DNA of 63,043 nucleotides, filler included, from Reticulomyxa filosa (Eukaryota > Protista > Foraminifera): assembly GCA_000512085.1 (NCBI GenBank). It is 24 parts of 24 records of this genome, joined end to end, with 100 filler letters (N's around TTAATTAATTAA, not from the genome) between each part and the next. Parts side by side here need not be neighbours in the genome. Positions count along the whole stretch, not along the records: positions 53,886 to 55,859 come from ASPP01024652.1; positions 55,960 to 57,492 come from ASPP01046516.1; positions 57,593 to 59,312 come from ASPP01014597.1; positions 59,413 to 63,043 come from ASPP01020643.1; 20 more parts are not named here. One strand, written 5' to 3'. The position numbers and the translations under genes were made by a program. This document shows, piece by piece, positions 53,786 through 63,043 of this stretch (the first letter of the stretch is position 1; each line of letters begins with the position of its first letter). The notes under the pieces were generated by a model. The model had not been told where the DNA came from. It saw only the letters and a program-made list of their open reading frames with translations, and did no database searches.

Positions 53786-54906
53786 NNNNNNNNNNNNNNN
53801 NNNNNNNNNNNNNNNNNNNNNNNNNNNNNTTAATTAATTAANNNNNNNNNNNNNNNNNNNNNNNNNNNNNNNNNNNNNNNNNNNNAATTGGCAAAGAGGA
53901 TAAGACTTCAAAGTTATTTTCCATGTCAACGTCAATAATCTCTTTTTTTCTGGTATCACCTGGATCCATTTTAATGACAAATGAATAAACTTGTAATGAA
54001 ATTTATACTTAGCTTGCAGTTTTTTTTTGAAACCCGTCCAAGAAAAATATTCAAAGAGTAAAAGATACATTTTTCTGAACATTTTCAAAATAAAAAAAAT
54101 GCTGTCGTGAATAAAAATAAACATTTTCTCTTCACTTTTAAAAAGGTTTAATAAAATAGCAAAGAGAAAAGGAAAAAACGTAAATGCTTACAAATAGAGA
54201 GTGACAAGAGATGCAAGAAAGAATTCAAATTTTGAACACGTAAATTACTTCTTTAAACAAATTCTTCTTCAGCGTGAAGCTGTTAATTGCATTAAAACAG
54301 ATTTGCGCTCAGAGCTAATAAAAAAAATTGTGATGGGCTTTGTAATATATTACATCAGCGATATGTAGAGTTTATTGAAATCCAACCAACCAATTATTCA
54401 GTTACGCCAATACTAAATAGTCTTCAATAAATCAATACATACTGTTATATATGACCATCAGCTCAGATATAACAATCGCATAACTACCGCTTACTGACTA
54501 AGAGCCATTCCAGCAATTCCGGTCTAGAAGCAAAATTGTGAATGGAGGTCCGTCGTATACCGGCGGCACGGGCTACAACAAGTATTAACTTATTAACTTA
54601 TTAACTTATTATAGGCCTATATGCTATCGCTTTCAATATAGTTATTATATCATTACATCTATATATACTCCATAAATTTGTCCATGCAATAAACTTTTTA
54701 TTAAGATTATAAGTATTTTGAAAAAAAGTTGTATTCGATAATGATGCTGCTGACACAAAAATTTTTATTTGCTTTTGTATTCTTTTTTATTTTTTATTTT
54801 TTGCAAAATATAATAAACTTTTGAATAAAAAAAATCTGTGTCCCCACGACGACAATAACAACATTTGTGTCATTGACATTGGGTTACTGCATATTGAAAG
54901 AAACAA

Positions 54907-55694
54907 TGACTTGCCAACGCAAGACCAAATCACAATCACATTACCCCAACAATCATATGCGAATATCAAAATTACAAAACATGAGCTCTTACTATGCAAA
55001 GTCCCAAAAGAAATCCAAAAGAACAGTTTGTTGCATTAACATATACATATATGTATATGTAAATGAAGATGCTGAAAAGACAAGTACAAGAACTTGCAAA
55101 TGAAATACGCATCAGAAAACAATTGATAGCGAAGCTGAAAGAAATGCAACAGCAAGTCGAATAGATTGAACAAATGCTAAAGACGACAAAGCAGAAATCG
55201 CGCGAAAAAGTGGAACAAAACAAAATGATTCAAGGCCAGTTCCAAATGCTGCATCAGTAGTAGTGAGCTGCCTCCGCAGAGTCAAAGCGCAGGCGCAAGA
55301 GCGAATGAAACAGAGGCAGTAGGAACAGCTGGTAGTGCAGCAGTCGCAACAGGTGCTGCTGCAACAAATGGAAGCTCAAAGGCAACAGCTGGCTCACGTG
55401 CAAGTGCTTTCGGAACAACAACGCATCACGATCGAGTCTTTGGAATAAGAGCTGCACTTCAGCAAAGAGAAGATCAAGTCGTTGGAAACCAAATTAGAAC
55501 AAGCACAATCTGATCTTACTAAATAATGTATGCGTACATGCGTTGTTTATACATACATATATACACGTGTATATGTATATGTGCTTGGCTACGTATATTT
55601 TTGTTTTTTTTCTTAAGTTCCTTCAAGCAATATGGAATTGTTACATCAGCAAATTAAAGTGCTAAAGACCAAACGAAAAGCATTGATCAAAGAG
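54907..55694 (+). pseudogene. Spliced Gln-rich coiled-coil gene with in-frame TAG/TAA codons and one frameshift
   Basis: MLKRQVQELANEIRIRKQLIAKLKEMQQQVE*IEQMLK...MKQRQ*EQLVVQQ...IESLE*ELHFSKEKIKSLETKLEQAQSDLTK*F|PSSNMELLHQQIKVLKTKRKALIKE, with intact GT-AG intron 55528-55617. Confidence 0.65.
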
Positions 55695-56449
55695 GTTAAT
55701 GATGTCTTTGTTTTTTGCACTATAAATGTAATTTGCAATTTGAGAACAAATAATTAAGTTTTTCTTGTTTTTATTAGTATTATTATTGCACTTATGCACG
55801 CAATATTATGTGCCTTTTTTTTCAATTGTCACCATATCCTGCTGAATTTGCCAAATAGANNNNNNNNNNNNNNNNNNNNNNNNNNNNNNNNNNNNNNNNN
55901 NNNTTAATTAATTAANNNNNNNNNNNNNNNNNNNNNNNNNNNNNNNNNNNNNNNNNNNNAATTACGAGGATATTGTGTAGTAAACTGATAAACGACAACA
56001 AACACTACAATAAAATCACTTTCAACGGAGGGTTGTCAAAAGTGCTTTGACTATTGAAATTTCGCGTTCAATGAATTAGAAAACAATTGTGTTATAATTT
56101 ATTAATTTAATTTTGAAATAAAACAATATGGATGACCGCAAGGTTATGTAATGAACTGATGAATAATTATTTAGGGATAAATAGATCATTTTTGTGTATC
56201 AGAAATGATTGATAGAAATGATTTATCAAATTATATATCATTCAATAATTGATTTTCCTTGAATAATTTAAAATATTTTACAAATATTTCAACGCGGACA
56301 GAAACTATCATTTGTAGCAAATTTTTTTCAAAGACGTGATTTTTGTTAAAAAAAAAAAAAAAGAGTTTGTCACCAAAATTCTTCAGTTCAATAAAATTTG
56401 GAAAAACTTTGTAATAACTTGATATAGCAAAAAATCAAAATTTAGTAAA

Positions 56450-56890
56450 ATGGAAGAAAAAAAACGTGAAGGGGGACGCAAAAACTGATCTAAAATCAGG
56501 GTTCAACCACAGTCGTGCTTTGCCAAAAATTGGATTTTACAACTGAATCAGTAATGTTATTTGTGCCCATTGATCATTGAAGAAATTATTTAAACAATTT
56601 CTTAATCAAAATCCAAACTCTTGTCATGGCAACTGTTCGTATTTTTAAAATTGATTGGCAAAGTAATACATGGATTTGTGATTTTAAAGGAAAGGTCAAA
56701 CATGTGAGTGATCATTTGGAAAATTCTTGTTGTTTACAAGTAGTCAAATGTTGGTTTGAGCCATTTTGACGTGATCATACATGTCTAAAGTCTATGATAC
56801 AAGATCACTTGAGTTCGAATATGTGATTGCATTTTAATTTGGTGATTAAGTCTTTTGATTCATTAAAACAAAATATTCAAAAATATTACT
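56450..56890 (+). pseudogene. TRAF-type zinc-finger family pseudogene
   Basis: SCFAKNWILQLN...LKQFLNQNPNSC...CDFKGKVKHVSDHLENSCCLQVVKCWFEPF*RDHTCLKSMIQDHLSSNM*LHFNLVIKSF, with stops and deletions. Confidence 0.7.
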
Positions 56891-58112
56891 ATTTATTATT
56901 TTGATAATTAAGAAAACATGAAAAACAAAAAAAAACTTTTGAACGTGCAATATTATATACTGTAAACAATGATTTGCTATTTATTAATAAAATGAAAAAA
57001 TATTAATAAACAAAAATGTATCAAATTTACAAGAGTAAATATCCCAAAAATTGTTTACTTCTGTAATTTCTTAGTTATTAGTTTTGGACAATGAATACAT
57101 TTCAAATAAATAGAATGAACTTTGATTGAAATTTTTTGTTTTAAGTTCCTAGAAAACATAATACACAACACTAAAAAGGAGCAACTCGATAGTATTTAAA
57201 GTAAATTTTTGTTGAAGAGCATGCATAGATTTCCTTTTTTTTCAGGATGTATTTTACAAGGAAGAGAATGATCGTTATATTAGCTGTTAAATTAAAAAAC
57301 GCTTGTTTTCTTTTCAAACATAAAAAATTGGATATTATGTTCTTTTTGCAAGGATGTTGATCGTTCAGAATCATTTTAGATCATTAAATTACAGTTCAAA
57401 TACTCACTGATTTGTCATAGAAAATGTTTTAAACATAAATTTGAAATCTGTCACTAACTTTTTAATTAAAAAGTTCAAGTAAAAACTAAACTNNNNNNNN
57501 NNNNNNNNNNNNNNNNNNNNNNNNNNNNNNNNNNNNTTAATTAATTAANNNNNNNNNNNNNNNNNNNNNNNNNNNNNNNNNNNNNNNNNNNNATAAAGAA
57601 AGTAATGAGAAAAAAAAAAAATTATTGACATAATCTTGAGTCCATTATGACTCTATGTATGTCCATGGTGTTTCTGATGTTGCAATGATATCACTTTATA
57701 AAAAATTTTTGGTTGCATTTTTATCATATTGCAAATGTAAGTTTTTTCTTTTTTGTTCAAACCAAATTCATATTCAAAGTTTGTGAAGTCAAATTGACAC
57801 TATGTTCTTGTTAAAGAGTCCCTTTCGCAATTATTGCTGAAGTACTTTAAAAAGAATATTTTTAAAAAATATAGTTCCGGGGTGTGTCAGTAATTGTCTT
57901 GTAAGATCTTTGTAATTTCCAATCTGGTAAATTTTTGCAATTGACCTTTGAAAACTTAATTTTTTCCTTTGTAATGTCATATGAATGGAATGTTTAAAAT
58001 TGACTGTATTCTTTACACTCGAAAAATAGTCATGCAAAAAAAAAGAACACTTCTTTTTTTTTTTTGCGCATGCTCTTTGTACTTTGTAACACATTTTCTC
58101 AACAGAAATAAC

Positions 58113-59145
58113 ATGGGAAATCAAACCCATTTTACACCATTATCTACATTGCCTATTCCGCTTTATCTTGGCCAATGTGTGGCCTACAAACAAGAGGTAC
58201 TCATTTGCGGAGGCGTGTGCAAAGGGGACTGCTATTCGTACCATACACTTAAAAACGAGTACAAGCATGTTTGTTCATACCCAAGTGACACTAAGTTGTT
58301 TGGACACTGTGTGGTGAGACTTGCAAATGACAACAAAGACACAGACAAAGACGAGGTTGTGTTGTTGTCATTTGGAGGAGAACGCAAGCATACGTTAATG
58401 ATGAAATACGTAAGTGTATGGGATGAGACAATCGAAAAATCAGAGCATTGCAATAAGTGGCTTCCTTTCACAGATATGCACAATCAAGTACTTTGCATTG
58501 GAAGAAGCAAGGACGACTATCGTGGAGTGCGTGCAGTACTTGGTGGCAGCGAAAATCATTTGCTATTTATCACATATTTCCCCAATAACATTGACGTGTT
58601 CGATGTAACCACTTTTCAATATGTTAAACACGACATATTGCCAACAGATGGTAATTATTGGATATGGTATCACTGCTTTGTGTCAAAGTCGACAAATGCA
58701 AAAAAAGATTTAAAGAAACGGGGAACTGAAATGGTGCTCTTTTGTGAGAACAGAGGACTATCCATCGAGTATGACGAAGATAACAACACATTTCGATTTC
58801 GGAAATTACCTGTTTGTGACTCCATTTCTCCACTCAATAAGTGTGCATACGTACGTATCCATGATGTCATCTTATTTTTTGGCGGGGATAGCCACAGGAA
58901 CGGTACTTCAAAGGCAGTGCACAAATATTCCATAAAGGATAGCAAGTGGATAACGTTTCCACATTCGCTGCCCACTCCATTATATGGCTGTGTTGCTGTA
59001 CTCAGCGAGGACGACGCTTGTGTGCATATTCTCGGAGGGAAAAATCGTCAAATGGAGGAAGTGTCGACGCATACAAAAGCGAACGTGCACTATTGGCTAA
59101 GTGAAAAGGAAATGCAAAGATGGAGGCTGCTACATGCGCACAATG
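58113..59145 (+). CDS. Kelch-repeat beta-propeller protein
   Basis: MGNQT (possible N-myristoylation), LPIPLYLGQCV...LICGG, LLSFGG, AVLGG, ILFFGG, YSIKDSKW...LPTPLYGCVAV...HILGG. Confidence 0.85.
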
Positions 59146-59412
59146 TTACGTATACATATACATGTAAATATATATATATATATTTTATTTATTTTTTTTT
59201 TTTTTATTAGTATTTTTTTTATGTTTTGTAAATTTAAATAGAAAAATGAAAAAGAAGAAGAAGAAGAAGAAGAAGTTAATTGTTTTTTTTTAATGTGTGT
59301 TTGCTTATGCAANNNNNNNNNNNNNNNNNNNNNNNNNNNNNNNNNNNNNNNNNNNNTTAATTAATTAANNNNNNNNNNNNNNNNNNNNNNNNNNNNNNNN
59401 NNNNNNNNNNNN

Positions 59413-60905
59413 TGTTGTTGTTGTTGTTGTTGTTGTTGAAAAAAGTGTGCAGCGTCGTCATGGTCGTCGACAGTATCAAAGTCGTCATCGTCGACAATGC
59501 GTGTGCAGAGACAGTTGAATCCAAACTCGCTGAAAAGCCAGGCGCGAGCAGGATGACCGCGGGCGTGAAGGTGAAGTTGATGGCCATGGCACAGAGCACG
59601 GCAACAAAGGCACTGGCGCCGTGTGCACGCAGCCACGCCATGGTGCAGAACAAGTAGGATGCGAGAGATACAGTGAAGCAAAAGCACTGAGCAAGACAGT
59701 CCAGCCAGTGGCGATCAGCGTGATGCGCAGGATATCATGTACCCTTTTCAAGTGCAAAATGCCGGGCGACTCACCAACCTCGTCGCGAAATCGCGTCAAA
59801 AAAAACAGATCGTAGTTGACGCTCATGGCCATGGCAATGCCTACAAGAATCGATGGCGTGATACTGTTCACAGTCATCCAATACTTGGCGATGCAATAGA
59901 CCAACGCGAAACTCACACTCATGCATAGCAGAAACGACATTACTGGAATGATCGTCAGACGCCACGATCTCACTGTCACCGCGAAGATAAGCAGGATTAT
60001 TGGAATTACGAATGCGTGAGACACGATCGTATCACGTGTCTCGTTTTGCACGTCAGTCAATAATGCCACTTCGCCTGTGTATGACATCATCATATGTCCC
60101 TTGTGCTCGCGCTTGATCTTCTTCTTCATCCTGTCCAAAAAGTCCATCAGGTCTGCTCGACCACCTACACCCAAGTCTTTGTGGTGCAATAACACTCCGA
60201 TCGCACTGTGCTTGTTCACGCTCAATAGACGCTCCCGTGTGATCGTCATGCAATTCGTGTATTCTTCATCACTCGACGCTATGTCGCATAACTTTTCTTT
60301 TTTTTTTTTTTTTTTCACATTGTTACGTATACATTTTTTTTTTTTTTTAAATAATTTAAAAAAATAAATAAATAAATAATAATAAATAAAATAAAATAAA
60401 ATACATACATAACACTCTTTTGTGTGCAAAAGTCAGTGTATTGGTACACAATCCCATTGTGGGTGTGGTTGAATTCCTTAATGTCGGTGATCATTTGCTC
60501 ACTTATATTGCACAGTGGCAAGGAAGTGTTATCCACGGTTATGTTCGATGTGTTGCATATATGTGACGAACAAGTCAGATGAAACAAAATACCGCTGCTG
60601 TGTGTCGTCGTCGGAAAGTACTTTGTAAATTGCTGTTTGGCTCGATGTCCACGCGTGTGGCTTGGCGAGGAACTGGTCACCTCTGTCAAATCCACCAATT
60701 TTGGTCCGTATATCATACTCACTATCAACACAACTAACCAAAATGCCAATATCACATACACTCCAAACCGAGACGTCAGGAGGCCAAAATACCATTTGAA
60801 TAATTTTGGATCGTTTTCAGCGTTTGATCTTGCAACCAAACGTCGAGGACTATTTTCTTGACTATTATAACCACTCCCTCCAGAAGCGTTTGGTTGTGAA
60901 GCCAT
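59413..60905 (-). CDS. MMPL/RND-family membrane transporter with a spliceosomal intron (3'-truncated; homopolymer frameshift at 59680-59683)
   Basis: TM1 YVILAFWLVVLIVSMIYG; then YTGEVALLTD, IPIILLIFAVTVRSWRLTIIPV, GIAMAMSVNYDLFFLTRFRDE, ATGWTVLLSA and AINFTFTPAVILL, the MMPL membrane module; intron ~60291-60408. Confidence 0.8.
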
Positions 60906-61232
60906 ATGTCAGTTTGATTGATAATGATTTTGAATGCCCCTTTCCAAAAAAATATCAATGTGACTAGTGTTCAGCCGACTTTTCAAATTTCAGCAAAAAA
61001 AAAAAAAAAAATTTAAAAAATTTGTCGTTGGTTGATATTGGTTCAAATCGAACAAAAAAACAAGTTAGAAAGAAAACCAAGGTATACAAACAAATAAGCA
61101 AAATAGAAGGGGGGGAAAGGAAAAGCTGATGGAAATACACAAAATTGACATCCGCTGCCATGCATTACAATGAGCTTTTCCAGTAACACCAGCAACAACA
61201 ACAACAAAAAAAAAAGTGAGAAAACAACTTAT

Positions 61233-62935
61233 TTACAACATTCGTTCGATAAGTTCTAACTCTTGAGGAGTGACATGTCCTCGTTTTTGAACCTGAAAGG
61301 TTCGACATAAATGTATTTTATCTAAGGTTTTAAGTAAGGCGTCGTAGCAATCGACATATAAGAGTGCATCATGAGGGCAGTTGAAATGTTTGATAATTTG
61401 CAATAAAATAGTTTGTAAGGAAGACCCATCCATTGTCCGCAGTTCATTGTCCCACCCAATGATTTGATGTTTGACACTAAACAGCATATTTTCACTGACA
61501 TCAAACCGTTTCAGCAAAGCGATCATGACATTGGAATTCATATTTCCCAGCCAACAGACAATGACTTGTTTCTTTCGCAACAAGTCAAAGTGGATTTTCA
61601 TTAATTGATATAATTTCTCATCGCCAATTTTGGCTATTATTTCTTTTTCGCTCATCGTTTCCACATCCGATACGTTGCATTCGCCAAACGAGCCCATTGA
61701 GGTTTGGAATATGTTATCCCAAAAGTATACAATTACTTTGATTTTCACCGTATCTTTTCAAACACAAAAGAAAAAAAAAAAAAAAAAAGAGTTGAGCAAT
61801 CCAAAACTGGTAATTTCTATTTTTTTTTTAATTTTTTTTTTTTCTTTGATAATCATTCGCAAACTAAAAACTGAGACAAAAGAGACACCTCCACAAACCA
61901 GAAACGCCCTTCTCTTCTTCCTCTTGAACTATTGCAGATGGAGCCCCCGTTATTGTGCTTCGACGTTTTTCTTCCACAACTAGCATAGAGGAGTGTTCTT
62001 CGGCACGACTCTATTATATCTCATACACGCGCGCGCGTGCGCACGTGCACGTCCGGCCATAAACAAATATATATTATATATATATATAATATATATTTGT
62101 TTATGGGTTTATGTATGTATATGTACATGTAACATATACACATATATATGTACATATATAAACCAAACCGATTGCAAATGAAATTTGTTTCCATTCTTGT
62201 TAGGATGCTTCTTATGTGACGATTTGCCATTTGCCTTGGCGTCATCCGATCGAGAGTCATTGCCATAAGACATGTCTTCATCCCCCTTTTTTTTTTTTTT
62301 TGTCGCCCCTTTTTTGGAGCTGCTGTTGCTCGCCACTTTGACCTGGATACTCGCATTCAAGTTTTTTCTTTTTTCGACTTTTTGCTGCTCTCTTGTGTTT
62401 TTGTGTCTTTGCTTTTATCTTTGGTTTGTGTCTTTATATCTTTTTCTGGTCTCTGTTCATGGTCATGAGCCTCCTCATCGTCATCCCTTTCGTCCTCTTC
62501 TTCTTCTTCTTCTTCTTCCTCCTCCTCTTCCTCGTCGTCGTCATCGTCGTCTTCTTCATGCTCCTCGACTTTTTCCTTTTTGTTGGACTTGGATTTGGAC
62601 TTGGACTTTCTGTGGGTATGCTCTTCGCTCTGTCTCTTTCCTGGCTTATCTTCGCTGGCGAGTTGGTCTGGACAACAGCAGGCGGTGCACATGGGACAGC
62701 ATACCACGAACAGATTGGGCTCGGCGGAGACTTGATTCGGGTTGTCGTTGTCAATGTTGTAGTTGTTGCTGGAGCTGTCCGTTCGTTTCGCCACGTGAAA
62801 CGTGGACATACAAAACAGCCCGATCATGATCAGCGCAAACAGCCAATGCAGTATGAACGACTCTATGTCGGGAAACGGGTTCGTCGTCAATGTTGCATTT
62901 CTCTCTCGTGACGCCAAGGTTTTTATATGATCCCA
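61233..62935 (-). CDS. Membrane-anchored protein with acidic/basic linker and a degenerate HAD-like (MDP-1-like) C-terminal domain
   Basis: TM FILHWLFALIMIGLFCM, Cys cluster and poly-E/D; last exon IKVIVYFWDNIF...LLYVDCY...CRTFQV...GHVTPQELELIE resembles a HAD fold lacking the first Asp. Confidence 0.5.
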
Positions 62936-62939
62936 CGTT

Positions 62940-62957
62940 TGATATACTATATATATG

Positions 62958-62993
<36 letters not shown>

Positions 62994-63043
62994 ATAATAT
63001 ATATATATATTATTATATAATAATATATATATATTATTATATA
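62940..63043. repeat. (TA)n microsatellite; similar tracts occur in many introns (e.g. 10275-10340, 14110-14170)
   Basis: Direct inspection. Confidence 0.9.

Noticed and set aside
6761-59412. Regularly recurring TTAATTAATTAA motif, superficially a repeat array
   Set aside because: Always centred in 44+44 N; an artificial six-frame-stop linker, not biology.
20990-59690. Single-base frameshifts in otherwise intact genes (cyclase ~20998, ~41203, GAR1 ~49190, MMPL ~59681) as programmed frameshifting
   Set aside because: All fall in short homopolymers and go in both directions, which is typical of pyrosequencing-type errors; no shared slippery motif.
1-63043. Genome-wide alternative genetic code
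   Set aside because: CCDC61, NUP93, ORC3, ORC5, GAR1 and MCMBP end at TAA/TAG/TGA where homology ends; internal TAR codons are confined to one locus and obvious pseudogenes.

Overview
This window is not one locus. It is a concatenation of 24 short, unordered contigs joined by 23 artificial 100-bp spacers (44 N + TTAATTAATTAA + 44 N), so adjacency across spacers is meaningless. Twenty-three contigs come from an AT-rich, intron-rich eukaryote using GT-AG introns and mostly the standard code. Its WD40, Kelch and TRAF-zinc-finger families and their pseudogenes resemble those I recall from the foraminiferan Reticulomyxa filosa (inference, not searched). Recognisable genes: CCDC61, ORC5, NUP93 (3' part), TBCE (5' part), a class III adenylate cyclase (5' part), an MRG15/Eaf3-like protein (3' part), an alpha/beta hydrolase, a PT-repeat membrane protein, ORC3 (3' part), MCMBP, HSP70 (5' part), a SPRY-like domain, GAR1, a MAN1/Src1-like protein, a Kelch protein, an intron-containing MMPL/RND transporter and a degenerate HAD-like protein. 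One contig (34069-35354) is a GC-rich bacterial CaiB/BaiF CoA-transferase, probably contamination. Mobile DNA: a 227-bp solo-LTR-like element with a 4-bp TSD, a 192-bp fully palindromic TA-flanked MITE plus a diverged half copy, and a gypsy-like integrase remnant. The most unusual observations are (i) a spliced coiled-coil gene whose frame continues through at least four TAG/TAA codons in Gln-rich context, (ii) introns whose 3' ends are A-rich rather than pyrimidine-rich, and (iii) the intron-bearing MMPL transporter with an altered DY motif. Several single-base frameshifts in homopolymers look like sequencing errors. I found no clearly demonstrable new multi-gene system.
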